Made by a program: the position numbers and the translations under genes
In this document: one piece after another, positions 12,501 through 25,162 of the stretch
Layout: each line of letters starts with the position of its first letter
Numbering within the stretch: the stretch's first letter is position 1
Source of the DNA: Pelomyxa schiedti
Lineage: Eukaryota; Protista; Evosea
Direction: 5' to 3'
DNA: 64,000 nucleotides
Assembly (NCBI GenBank): GCA_020536535.1
Contig: JAHLWZ010000796.1
Span: forward strand, 62,001-126,000
Notes under the pieces: model-generated
Seen by the model: the letters and a program-made list of their open reading frames with translations, nothing else
Databases searched by the model: none
Told to the model about the DNA's origin: nothing

Positions 12501-14607
12501 TGGAGAAGTTGTATGAAACAGTGTTTGCGAGAGGGCCTTCATCACGGTCAGTGGTTGCTGTGCTTTCTGAATGTGGTTAGGTGCATAGTAGAAAAATAAA
12601 TTACCATTAATTACAGGTTTCTTATAGCGTGGGGCAATTGTCATGGGAAGGATAAATCTAGTGACACCCTGCAACAGTTATGAGTAACTACTTAAACACC
12701 TCACATACATTGTCACTCTCTAGGACTGTTACATATGTCACACGGATGGTGACTGTTTTGCCGGGTGGAAGGTTTCCAACTGACATGTTGAAAATATCTG
12801 GCTTCTTTTGCTCCAGAAGATAGGCGCCATGTCCACTGGCAATGGCATCTGCTTGAGTTGGTGTTTTGTTGGAGATAGTAAATTTTGACCTTCATATTTG
12901 GCAGCAGCTTTTTCTTTTTCCATGCATTTGGCTATAATACGTCTTTTTTCATTAGCTCAGGAAAAATTCAGAAGTGTTACTTGTTATCAATTTCAGCTAT
13001 GAATCCACACACAGCTGCTAAGTCATCAATTGGGAACTTGTAAGTTGCTTCAATTGGATTAGCTTTGCTATTCTGGTACTTTTGTACTATTTCCACCTAA
13101 GTGTACAGTTATGAAAAAGCAAAGTAGAACGGAAGCAGAACCTCACAACAAAATCCAATAATTGAAATATTGGCCTCAATGCTTTTGAGTGGGACTGGGG
13201 ACTCCGTTCCATTTTCATAGAGCCCCCCTTTATGACTAAGAAATGAAGTGTATCTACCAACGTAAAACCTTTTTCTTTGTAAAACGATGTTGGAAACAAT
13301 TCGTTCACTATCGTTGAGCCTGTCCTCCTCAGGGTAGATAGTGCTTGCTCCAGATCAGTCTGAGATATAGGTTCCTCAGTTGCCTAGAAAGAAAGTGAAT
13401 GCTTATCGCTAATTGAAAATACTAACTGCTGCTCTGGCATCGCCTTTCTTCGTTTTCGTTCTTGTACCCTTGGCTGCTAAAGCGTCAAATAAATAGCCAA
13501 CACGCTCTTCCTCATCCCCAATTGCGGCCAATTGTTTTTTCCTTTTAGTTGCTTCAATGTCAACAAGGGATGCAAGATGTTGTTTGTCAAAATCGCATTC
13601 AGCAACCCCAGTGATTAAGGTTGGTAAAGAAGAGTAGTCACCACCAACATCAAAGTACTGGCCCTGTGTAGCTTATTAGTTCTAGACTTTTTGATAAATT
13701 TTTGTCAAACCCAGGTTTCTGATGCTATCTTTTTCCATACATCTATTTCCTGCAAACCGGAGCAAGCAACAGTGTGAATAGTAATTCCCATTTCTCTACA
13801 GCTTTCTACTTGCTCCAGCCATTCTTCCTAACCATTTCAGTCAAGCGAAAGAAAAATGTAAACTGGAACATACTCCACATGGGCAACCATTGGGATAAGA
13901 ATCACCAGAACCACCAACGCCATGGGGTGGGGCATCTGCAATCAATACAGCTGTCTTCGTAGCATTCGGCCGCCAACTCATTCGTACAAGTTCATACAAT
14001 CTGAAGAAAGTGACTCGAAATAGGGAAGACAGGCGGAAACCCGTCAGTGACTGCCTCAGGGTAATCAGCACCTGAGATGTGTTATTATGCTTATATAGGG
14101 TAAATTGTGAGCAACCTCCATCAGCGGACATTTCATCGACGCCACTTTTCATCTTAGACTCGCTAGGAAAAAGGTTACAACAAAAATCTCGAGCAGTTTC
14201 AACCTATCTGTTAGGGGTACGTGTACTTTGACAACAAAGGAGCTTCCAGCTGAGAGAAGTAAGAGAGACATACAAGGGGGAACACATACTGTGGTCTTTG
14301 TAGGCTATAAGACCGTACTAGAAAAATGTAAGTGAAAGGTGCTCCCACTCTTCCAAAGGGAAAAAAAAAAACCTACCCGTGCGGCTCCCTTTGCTACCGC
14401 GTTTATTTTTGTGACCATAGAGCGTAGATTTGACTGCACTGTGTGAATCTGAGACCCCATAGAGCCCGTGGTGTCGACTACAAATACAACGTCAATGCCC
14501 CCGTTCGCCGTGGAAACTGCTTCATCCTCAGCAGCTGCCGAGGACGAAGAAGGCGAAGAGGACGAAGATCCCAATAACCGCTTGAAGAACCCATATGTGG
14601 TGGACAT
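9545..14607 (-). CDS. vWA-VIT-vWA protein (vWA5A/PARP4-like core) with an inserted ZZ-like zinc finger and a Pro/Ser-rich tail, multi-exon
   Basis: N-terminal vWA: IDVVFVVDTTGSMG...DYPEAVTD...WRPNATKTAVLIADAPPHG. VIT: QKYQNSKANPIEATYKFPIDDLAAVCGF, DAIASGHGAYLLEQ..DIFNMSVGNLPPG. Second vWA: ELYLIIDCSASM. Zn finger: CTKGH..YRCDCCG..CAECQFDICPNC. Also YNLASSQTSFIAVEER. Joining the first vWA to the VIT part is inferred from open-frame continuity around 13200-13700. Confidence 0.75.
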
Positions 14608-14762
14608 CTCTTGGTTGTTTTTTTTATGTTGTTCTCTTGGCTCCCCTCCAACCGACGAGGAGTTGTTGTTCTCAAAAAGGAACGAATTGATTTAATTGTT
14701 TCCTTGAATAGTTTTTAAAAATCGTCGTCACTCAATGAGGGGCAGACAACGCGAGTCAAGAT

Positions 14763-15605
14763 CTATGAATTGTGGCACGAATTGGCATGGGTGGGTTTGA
14801 TCAGCCTATTGGCCAGATCTTCTATGAGTGGCCGAAACATTTGCTCAACATTGTATCTCGTCTTGGCTGAAGTTTCACTGTTATTGAGTTGTTATGGGAT
14901 AATCGAAAAAAAAGTAACGTGCTAGAACGGTATTCCTAATTCTGAGGCCAATCTGGACCCTGCTGCGTGATCCACTTCTCTCTCAGTTTCGAGGTCAGCT
15001 TTATTTCCACAGAGTACTAGTACAGGGTTTGATTTCAGGGCAAGTAGGTGGTCCCTGGTGTTTGTTGGTTATAAAAATGCAATGGCAGAATGTCTGAATA
15101 TAAACCGGTGATTTGCTATGTCATTAAAAGATGTAGCCGATGTAACAGAGTAGACTAAAATGAATGCATCCCCTTGCTTGACTATCCTGGTTTGGGTTCA
15201 GAACTAACTGTTTACAGCAATCATTGTACAACGTATCATTCATGGATGGATTTTCTTTCTCTAAATGTGGCACTCAGTCAAATAACAACTACAGAAACAG
15301 TACCAACCTAATTGACATAGGTGCATGTAATACTGCCGCCCATTGTAAGTTGAATATAACTTACGTGAGTAATCCTACGAATCCACCAATAGAGTTAAGG
15401 AAAAAAAAACAAAGCAAATGGGTTTCTATCCACCTCAATTCCTGGTTCGTAGTCTTTCTTCAGTGAGTAATTTCTACCGGCAGAAATACAACCACACACG
15501 GGAAACAAACACGTTGTTTTCGTATTGCATCATAAGTGCTGTCTTCCCCACACCACCGGATCCCAACAGCACTATCTGCACATCATTCTTCTCGGGTTGC
15601 TTCAT
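14763..15605 (-). CDS. Ras-family small GTPase, divergent in G2/G3, multi-exon
   Basis: G1 IVLLGSGGVGKT, GDAFILVYSVTS, G4 VLCGNKAD, G5 ETSAK, C-terminal CaaX-like CHNS*. Confidence 0.88.
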
Positions 15606-15678
15606 TCAACCGTTTTCTTGGCCTTCAAAAAACGCAGTTTTGAGTGGGCTTCGAGTTTGTCGAAAAAATCAGTGACTG

Positions 15679-16804
15679 TCACCCTGCCAAACAGCTCAGT
15701 GAGATGATGTGGGAGAATAAGAACTGGCGGGGAACGGAAATGAGTGTTACAGTCTTTACTACGGGTTTGTGGTGGTTTGGAGACAGTCTCCATTGGGTAC
15801 AGAAAGTCAATCGCTCATATTGACAATTCATACTGGAATATAATGCAAACAAACAAGATAGTCTCTTCCAAATAACCAAGGAACAAGAAAAAAAGGCTGA
15901 TGTTATGAAGAGGAAAGAACAGGAGCTCCTCTTCACAAAATTGCCGCTATTTCTGTTCGTCATGATATAATGAAGAAGTGCTCATACAAACACTCCTCCG
16001 TTGGGAACCTCTGCGTGAGATTCAACAACAATTACCTCGACTGGCGTGAAGACCACCAGAATCCCACTGATCACTTGAATTCAGTTTTATGGGATGCATG
16101 CCCCATGACGGGAATCCCTGGAGTGTGGGAATCACAGGGACTTTCTCAAACAGATCCTCAGAGTGCTTGTTGGATGACTCGAGGAGTGGGAATGGCTTCC
16201 CCTTGACAACAGTGCAAATGAAATACTCACTGGGGATCCAACAGGGGAAAAGTATAACCCCAGCCCACTTTCAATCTTAGTGACTGCCAGCAACTGCTGT
16301 TTGATGGAGAACATGCACACTTCTGGTGAGAGGTTCCCAGGTAACCCATAATGTTGTTGAACCTTGGCCAACATCCCCTGGGTGCTTACCATCACCTCTG
16401 TTTCTCTATTTTTCCTACTGGGAATACTCACAGAGGTGTGTTGCCACAACGGCAGGTGGAGATAGCCAACAAAAAATTGAATGAGGACCCACAAGAGGAA
16501 AAAAACAAGAAAAAAAACCAAAAAAAGATGAGAGGTGCTCACCAGGAACCCATCGGGTGGTCCGGCCGGACCCACCCAACGCAGGCTCCCAGCATCCCAC
16601 AACCGCGGTCCGCGTCGCGTCGCGCCACGAACACAAGGGATTGGTGTTATCCCGGTCCGTGGTCACGCGCATCACAGTCCTCGGCCCCGAATCCGCGTCG
16701 CGTCTCAGTGATGAGCGCATCACAATTTCGGGGAAGCAGGATGTCAGTAAGTCATTCCAGGAATGAACGGTCAGGAGCCTCTTGTTGGTAATGGATCTTT
16801 CCAT
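15679..16804 (-). CDS. Hypothetical protein, multi-exon
   Basis: Consecutive minus-strand ORF segments (16415-16804, 16132-16602, 15679-15963) are separated by intron-like T-rich stretches; no domain recognised. Confidence 0.4.
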
Positions 16805-16861
16805 TTTATTGGCGTTTTGTTGGGACGTGCACTTCCCTCAACCAACCTGGTATCGCGTGCT

Positions 16862-19035
16862 CTATTTTTCTGCCGTGAATCTTACTGAGAACGCTAGATC
16901 CAACTCACGTTCCCCGATATGGTGGTCCATTTCGGGCAGGCCGGATCTATGCCTCTCATCGAATGTACACGGATTTTCTCTCATTTTATACCCTCCGGTT
17001 TCGGTCCCGGCGCCGGTTATGGGTCTGCTGAGTTTGTGTTGCTCAAGATGTCGGCCAAGCATACCTATTTATATTTTAGTTTTGTAGTTACGAAGCAGAA
17101 AGAAACAAACCACAATCTAGCGTGGTAAAGCACAAAGATGAGTGACACAAGGCCACTGGATACAACCACAAGGCAAACGAAGGCAACATAAGCTGCATCA
17201 CCAAGATGCCGTGCGTACTCCCGTTTCAGGAAGGCAAAAGTAGAAGGCCGCAAGTGTCTGTGGTGTTGCCGTAGGTCGTTCAGAAATAAAACACAGACGG
17301 GGCTCACATACAAAACCAGTGTTGTGCCAGCAAGTCCTGATATGAAAATGGCAATAAGATTGCCTGCCGCAAATAGTAGTGAAGCGTTGTAGCTGCTGTC
17401 GGTAAGCCTTGTAAACGGAAAGAATGCCCTGTGTATTCAAAATTTTCCACGTCAGTAAGTTGAAACCCGGTCTCAATTGTGCCGAACTTGTTCATCCCTT
17501 GACGTAACGCAGCACTGCTTGAAATGTAAATTATGGATGCCGAAGCTTGCCCGACTACTTTCCACATGTAGAAGCGCACCTGCGTCAGAAATTAACCTCC
17601 TGGCAAGGAGGCCGGTTCATCCTTAACTTGGCGGCAATGATAACCAGGCATGTTGTTCGAGTGACCTCTTTCATCTGGGTCTTCTACCAGAGAAATTTCT
17701 CGATGTGGTGGGTTCAAGCAAATATGTCCCCCTCTGAACAGGCAGTTCAAAACCGCCTTGATCCAGATTCGGAAGGAAAACCTTATGGAAGTCACAGTAA
17801 GAGATATAACACACTAATGGAACACCACACCATGAATTCGTCAGAAACACCAAATTTGAAGTGATGGTGAAAAAATTGACTATCCACAAGACCACAAAGG
17901 TGGATGAATGTTTGACGTAAGGTATTGCCATCACCCTGAACTTGATTGGGTTGGTTTGAATGAGTTTTTATTGGTGTTGTTACAGAGGTTTACCATATCT
18001 GCCAAACTTTCCACCCATAAACCAGAGATCACCATTGCTGTTTCAATTGAAAACCTGTCTATTTTTTTTAAAATATTTTTCAGATGAAGAAAGAAGGAAG
18101 TTTCATTCACAACTGACCTGTCAATGAAAGAACAGTTTTTCTGAAAATGAAAACAAACATGGCCAAGGCAAACGGGAGAATAAACTGCCGCGTGGATTGC
18201 ACGAAATGGAAGGACCAAACATAACCAATGAGGACAATAAGGAATGCAAGTAACACCATGGCTACCTTAAATCCTAATTTGAGCATCACTTTCAAAAGTA
18301 ATAGAATAGCATAGCACCTTGCAGTATTGGCACAGTTTGTCGTACGAGGTAAATCCACGGCGCCAACTTTCCCATCCACCTTAGAATCAATCAAAAACAA
18401 AGAATGGTTACAGACTTCGCAAAGGGACATGTGAACGTGATGCCAGTAGTCAGCACAAAGTAAAACAGTCCGTTCAATCTGAAGAATCCAAATATTGGAA
18501 CAGTTGCATGGGCAAACACAGCACAAGCAACATATATTGCCAGCATCGGAATCGCAGCCTTCTTGAAGCACTCCCGACCACCACCACGACCACAGCCGCC
18601 ACCAGCAACATCTGCTGCACCCACAACCTCATCAAAATCAAAAATCGTGTTGCAGCCCCTGGCGTGCCCACAGACACAGTCTCCAGGAGCGCACGTGGTG
18701 ATGCACCGCATCATTGCTACCAAGTTGGAGTATCCAATCACACACATTGAAACAGGTATTACCACAGTGCACACAAGCCAATAATCTCCCGCGTCGTCAC
18801 TCAGTGGGTCTCCTGGTAATACAAGTAATGACAATGATGATCATCAACAAGTGTTGGAATTGATGCTGTGTAAACCAGAAAAAAAATTGACGAAGGAAAA
18901 AACAAGGGTGAAGAAAAAACCAAGAGGAATGGCTCCCATGAGTAAGGTCGTCATGCAAGCGGGTGCCACCATCATAACCACCACAACCACGATGACCTTT
19001 TTGTGTGACCCCAGCCAGTCCTGCCATTCAATCAA
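16862..19035 (-). CDS. Hypothetical polytopic membrane protein, multi-exon
   Basis: Many hydrophobic helices across exons (KVIVVVVVMMVAPA, YWLVCTVVIPVSMCVIG, AIPMLAIYVACAVFA, VAMVLLAFLIVLIGYVW, AAYVAFVCLVVVSSGLVSLIFVLY). Confidence 0.6.
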
Positions 19036-19197
19036 TGATTAGATCCCACAGGTGCGTCGCGTCACTCCCATCATTTGCAATCAATCACGTTACCAAGCTT
19101 CGTTTCACTCTCGCGAACCGAGTATTGTCCGGTCCTCCCGCTGTCACCATCTCCACGATAAAAAAAAACAGAGATGGCGGTGCCTGAAAAGTTATTT

Positions 19198-20523
19198 TTA
19201 CTCCTTCTGGAAGTGGAGTGTGACTTGTGTGTTGGACTCCACAGAGGCGTATTCATTGCACACGGGCTGAGATGTGGCATGAACGACCCAGGAGGGTTCC
19301 ACTTGGACTGGTGGTTGGCCCTCTGTTAGTGCCAGCTGGGTGTAGACCTGTGGTGCAGTCGGGAGTTCAGAGCAAGAAGATGTGCCGGAATATGCCTCAA
19401 AGGTGACATAGGCATAGGGATTCGTGGCAAGGTCGGTCCTGCGTGGTATCCGTTAGACTAATCGGGGGATTCGCGGTCTCGTACTTATCAACTGTGAGCA
19501 TGGCTGTCTTACCAGTGCTCATCACTGTTCCATTTATTATCCATTTGTTATCCTAGGAGGTGCAGGTTGAGAAAGGGCAATGTGGGTGAGGAATACCTGA
19601 ATTCTCTCCATAACTCCCCAAATATTTTCTTTGGGTTGAACCGTGATAAGGTCAGTTACCAAATATCCAGCTAAGAGAATAAACAGTTAAGGTGGGAAAA
19701 AGATCATGGAGAAATAATACCCCATACTGTGACATACCTTTTTGGGTGTTAAAAAACATAATTTAATTAGGGTTGGATCAAACCAGCTGGCCAATGCCCA
19801 ATATTTGCCGCCGCCGCCTGAGCTTGGGCCATATTGAAGAACTGGCTGGATGATCTTTGTTGGGTTAGTTTGTTGTTTTTCAAGCTTAGAAGGGCCTTAC
19901 TTCAAACTCCAGTGGAGCGGGTTTAGAGTCTGGGCCGGGAACCCAATCGAGGTTCTAAGAGTTTTAGAGCTCAATTTGTTGTAGAGGTAGTTTGGACCTG
20001 TAATCCAGGGAACAAGAAGAGAGTTTGCCTATCATACGTCACGGGGGCATCAGGGACAGTGAACATTCCTACCATAGTCTCATATGACGAGGAAGTGCTA
20101 GTGGAAGTTGTCCATATCTTCAAAGAGTAGATTTTGTAAAAAAAAGTTAGTTTCGACGGAAACAAACTTGCCAACCATCAGCTGCCACAGTTGGCATTAA
20201 TGGGGTGTACTGGCATTCCTCAGTCTCGAAGGTTTTTCCTGTGGTAATGTGCTGATAAGAAATCATGTACAAAAGCAAATAAACTCACCTGCAGGAGTTG
20301 TTACGACAAACTTCCTTCCCACTCTCACAGCGGAACTTCCAGATGGAACTTTATGCACACAGCTGCACAAAAAAAAAAAAGGGATTGTCAAAGGTCAAGT
20401 ACAGACACGGGAGATAAACCTTGAGTGAGCATAGCCCAATGGTGTTGGTAGCCAGTCAGCCCCAAGTGAGGTGGTTAACGACACACAAAGCCCTAAGACA
20501 AACAAAGCACTCACAACACCCAT
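19198..20523 (-). CDS. Secreted beta-sandwich protein, possible glutamic-peptidase (G1/eqolisin)-like fold, multi-exon
   Basis: Signal peptide MGVVSALFVLGLCVSL; propeptide-like TPLGYAHS.CVHKVPSGS; mature region FTVPDAP..QTLFLFPGLQ, IIQPVLQYGPSSGGGGKYWALASW, YAYVTFEAY; ends VTLHFQKE*. Confidence 0.6.
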
Positions 20524-20707
20524 GACCTAACGGTTTTGTTTTAAATAGTTTTTTATGTTTTTTTATTCAAACACAAGTTTCCTTTCTTTGTCTGATCTGC
20601 AGGGTTTTGGGGAATTGATGGAAGTAAAACGCCGGTTGGGAGGATTCTTCCACTTGGTCAAGTGGGGAAGAACCAGATCGCGGGGCGAGAAGCCCGCTTG
20701 TTTTCGT

Positions 20708-23700
20708 CTAGTGCAAAGTGTCAATGGCGTACAGCTCAAATGGTGGGGTGTGCTTGTGGACGTAGCACAGAAGTGACAGCCTCTGTTGTACGAGCAAAGA
20801 GGCCGAGGTTCTCAGGTCGTCGGTGGAGGCTGTGGGTGACCAGTTGGTATGCTGCGAGAGCACAGAGTCGAGAACCTGGTGCCCAATCACCAAAAGGAAC
20901 TCCACGTTGAGCGCAGTGTCAGGTTCTTGTTGTTGAGGTTGCTGCTGCTGCGGGGCCGGAACGGTATCGGGGGTTATGAGTTTGGCTTTGAGGTTCACAC
21001 ACCCGGAACGGGGTGCTAGGGACATGCAGTTGGTGCAGAAGTAAGTGTTGCGGTGTGATAAGTATGTCACAATCCCTTGGCACTCGCAAATCAAATCGCT
21101 ATTTTTAGGCTGTTAGAAGAAGTGGAGGAACAGCGAATATTGCATTACCTAGATACACTTTCAACGTCCAGGATAATCGAGTGCACAGTAACGAGGGAAT
21201 CACGGAGTGGCAGGTGATTAAAAGTGCATGCTCCTGGATGATATGTCACCATCTCATCGTAAGTAGAAATCCCTCTGGAAATGTGCTGCTGGAGGATTTC
21301 TCTAGCGACGGATTTGGATGCCTCCTGTGACAAGATACCCGACCTCACCATTGTCTCCCAGTCACCATGAACTCTTTCCAGTATATCGTCTGGTGCCTGT
21401 CTCTGTGAGAATTAAAGAATTGGACAACGCCATACATACTTTGGGGTGAATTATCTCTAATACAGAATACGTGTCAAATGAAAGCTTCTGTTCGTTGGTA
21501 GTCACTCTTTCCACATGTAGATCGCGCATGATCATTAATAGGCCTTTCTTAGAACACATTATTTTGAAGGTCGCACCCTGCTCCACCTCAAGTCGAATTG
21601 TCACAAAGTCAGGGCATGTGCTATCAGACATCCACAGAACATGACTGTTATGATAAGAATCAAATGTGTAGCCATAGGAAAGGAGCCCAGTGATTGTAAT
21701 GCGGTCCGCTGAAGAGTCACCACACAGATGTTCCTGTAGTGTGGTCATCTTTGGTGGAATATAATCGACAAAGTGACAGGCTGGTATGGCCTTTTGAAGG
21801 AAAAAGAGAACTGGATGATCAACAATATGTTGTGGAGAGAAAGAAAAATAAAGCAAAGAAGTACCATTGTATCCACACCTACGTCCAATAAAAATCGTGA
21901 TGATGCTCTTGGTTTGGCCATTACAAATTTTGTATTAGCAACTCTGCCGAGTGATGCACAGAAGCTGTAAGAGTGCATATCGGTTCCAAATAAAGTCTCT
22001 ATATGAGTAGCCGATTGTGTTTGCAAATTGGATAGATAACACATCCTACCCTCCCCTCGCAGTAGTAGAGCTTTCCAATCAGTAGACGTGTGCCCAAGCC
22101 GCAACCCTTCACGGGAGCACTTAGGTTGGTCATAACTGGAACAGGCCACAAGATCGGACAGGATCACAACAAGGATTCCCGTGGAATCTTGAATCACAAC
22201 ACAGGGAGAAATTGCTAGTGGGTCGAGGTCAATTGCTGGTGAGAGTGTGCCTCGGGTCATTACACGCTGAATGCGGCCAACTATACATGCACTTGAAAAC
22301 ATGGGATTCAAATCTTTAATAAGGTACAGCGGCCGAGTAATGCACTGGCACAACTTTTGTGGTACATCCGCTCGAGCTGCTGTAGAGGTTGATTGAGTGG
22401 TGGAAGTCGTTTGTATGGCGAGGTTTGTATCAGATTTATCCAAAGCGACGAACCTTTGGAAATCTGAGCAGACACCAACATTTTGGCTTTTTACCTGCTG
22501 CACAGAACTAGCTTGTTGCCATTGGAAAAGTTTAATTCATGCCAGTAATCCATTCTAACTGTCTGTCCGATTTCAGGACTATAAGACTCAGTAGAATTCA
22601 GCTTTGAAACGACTTACTGAGGCGTTTCATTGAAGATGACATTCTGGTACTCAGCAGGAGCATCGGCACTTACGGACTTGCGCGAGTCAGGAGATAAAAC
22701 GCACAAAGCACAATGGAATTTGGTAAATTTTTGGGGCTGTACTGCTATCAGCGTCGCGTTCCGAGGCACACATCTGTCTAGATAAATAAACGAAGTTCCA
22801 TACATCATCGTACCTGGATGAACCTGCTGCACAAATAGACGTATAATTGACATATTTTTGTAACCTCCCACACAGACCTCCAGTCATACATGGAAAGACC
22901 TTTTTTATTTAATATATTTTCAGCTATGACAATTATATTGTATTTTATTTGATGTGGGAAGTTTAGGTCTCAGTTACCTTCCTTGGTGTGTTGCAGGGGG
23001 GTGCTGGGGTAGAATAAGTGTTCTTTGTTATGGCCTGTTTCAGCTTATCCTTTTGCATGATTGCCTCCTTTGCAGCGGAAGTTCTTATTTTGCTTGAATC
23101 CAATGGTGTTTTCAAAGAGTCAGAGTCTAATTTTACGGGAATAGGGCGACAGATGGTTGGCAGTGCATTATCTTGTTGAGAATCCTGGATATCTTGAGAG
23201 GTTAAGAAGGAACTGTTTCGGATCAGGTACCATCAAATACTACAGGTACTACTGTGTCATCAATGGGGTCACTGTCAGGCAGTTTCGGGAGCACTGCATT
23301 TGTGTTTGTATCAGAATCATCCTCAATGTCATCAAAAGTATCAGTGAGATTTCGAGCCGCGGGTAATGCAATATTGGCAGGTAAACTGGTATCAGTTGTA
23401 CTTTCAAAAAATTTGGTTACAGGTGTCTTCATCGAATCGTCGTGTGTCGAAAGTGGATTTGCCAAACTAGTGATTATGTGGTTGAACTCGGTTGTGCTTA
23501 TTGAACTACTTGAGGAACATGGCTTGTTCTCTTGCCCACCAATCGAGTCTGGTGGAGTTTTGTGATTCTTCTTTTTAATTAATTTCTGTATATCAAATTG
23601 CGTGAATGAATCCGCACCACGGGGGCATAATTCCTGAAGTTGAACTTTTGGGGGAAGTCGAGGTGGCGGGGTTTCTGAAGCTAATTCTGAATCATTCGGG

Positions 23701-24869
23701 ACACTTCCAGTATTCTTGGTATATGCTCTGAATGGTGTTGCAGAAGATCTCGGGTTTTTACTGAAAGCGTTCAGGGACTTGCTTGTTTTCTGATCTTCAC
23801 AATCACTAATGTCTTCAATTTTTGTGTCCTTCCATGGTTTTTTTGAACAGACATCAGGTTCATCTTCAATGTCCTCAATATCCTCCTCCGGAGGCGAAAA
23901 CCGTTTATTTATGGTCGACCCTACATGAGGGGGAGGGCTATGTGCAAATGGTTGCAGTGGGCCCTTGTACAACAAAGATGCTGTGAATGTACCAGAGGGT
24001 GTTTGTGGGGGTGTAACCCTAGGTTTGCCACCACTTGTGTCACTGTCATGCATCCAACTGCCACTGCAGTGAGTGTCCATCCCAGCACCAGTGGGAGAAA
24101 GAAGGCTTTTCCAATCAAGTTCAGATATACTAGCTGCGGGCTTATTTGCATCCGCAGTGTGGTCGTGGTGAAGTCCGCGTGGCTCCCAGATGCTGGTGTC
24201 CACAGACTTGGCAGTGAGCCTCGATCCCAGTGTTAGTGTCCGCTTTTCTCCCGTAGACATGGCATGTTGCTGGCTGAGCCTTTCACGCATCCAAACGTCA
24301 GAAGCTCGGGTCGGCGGCACAGACGCCGAACCGACGCGAGAACCTGCGCCCGAAGGCGGCGGAGGAGACAAAGACGAAAGCGGTGAGTGGGACATCGTAG
24401 CCGGCGTGCGTGGGGGCAGGCGCATAACCGCGGGATTGTGGGAAATACGCGGGGGTGAAGGCGACGAGGATTTGCGGCGCCGTTTGCTGGCCGTGGATCT
24501 AGGGGCAGAGATCTCGTCGTCGTGTGCATCTGTCTCGATGTCCTCGTCCCCCCACGAGTGTGCGGCACCGCCGTGGATCTGGGAAGATCCGAGTGGCGGG
24601 CGGTGATTATAAGGGGGCTGCGAGCGCTGCAATGATGGGACGGATCCGTAACGCCTCGAAGACGCCGACGATAGCGAAGTTGCTACTTCATGAGGAGATG
24701 CAAAGGAACGCCGTGGGTCGGAAGTAGAGGTGGAAGGTGGCGGGGGCAGGGACGACGCGGGGTGGGCGGCACTTATGGGATGCGCAGACGCTTGCGTGGT
24801 AGGCGATTGCCGTTGGCTGTGCGACGCCGAGTGCTTCTTCTTCTGTTTCAGCGATATCCACCCACTCAT
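20708..24869 (-). CDS. SPIDR: SPIDR-like DNA-repair scaffold (long disordered N-terminus, C-terminal OB-fold-like domains and zinc ribbon), multi-exon
   Basis: Segments match remembered SPIDR blocks in order: NVIFNETPQ..GQTVRMDYWHELNF..LVLC; IVGRIQRV..CVVIQDSTG..EGRMCYLSNLQ; C-terminal ICECQG..YFCTNC..LKAKL..LSLLCYVH. The first exon is 548 aa and Ser/Pro/acid-rich. Confidence 0.62.
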
Positions 24870-25162
24870 TCTCTCGTATCAATTGTTTCCGGATCATCTC
24901 TTAGCTAAACTGGATTCTTCTCCACCGGGAACTGCGGGATACCCAGAGGACACAGAACGAAAGGCCAGTAAAGAAGGGGAATTGATTTTGATTGGGACCA
25001 CTGCCAGAGAAGTGCCACGAGGTGATGTGTTTTGGGGATCACCATTTCGGGGAACCATCGCTGGGGAGAAAAAAGCCACCAAAGGAGCACCGACAGTTAA
25101 TTAATCAAAACATAACCCAAAACAAAGAAAAGAAAACAAAAAACCCAAGCAAGAAGGGAGTG

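Noticed and set aside
23921-25104. Plus-strand ORFs antisense to the SPIDR-like first exon
   Set aside because: Antisense shadows of a GC-rich, low-complexity coding exon.
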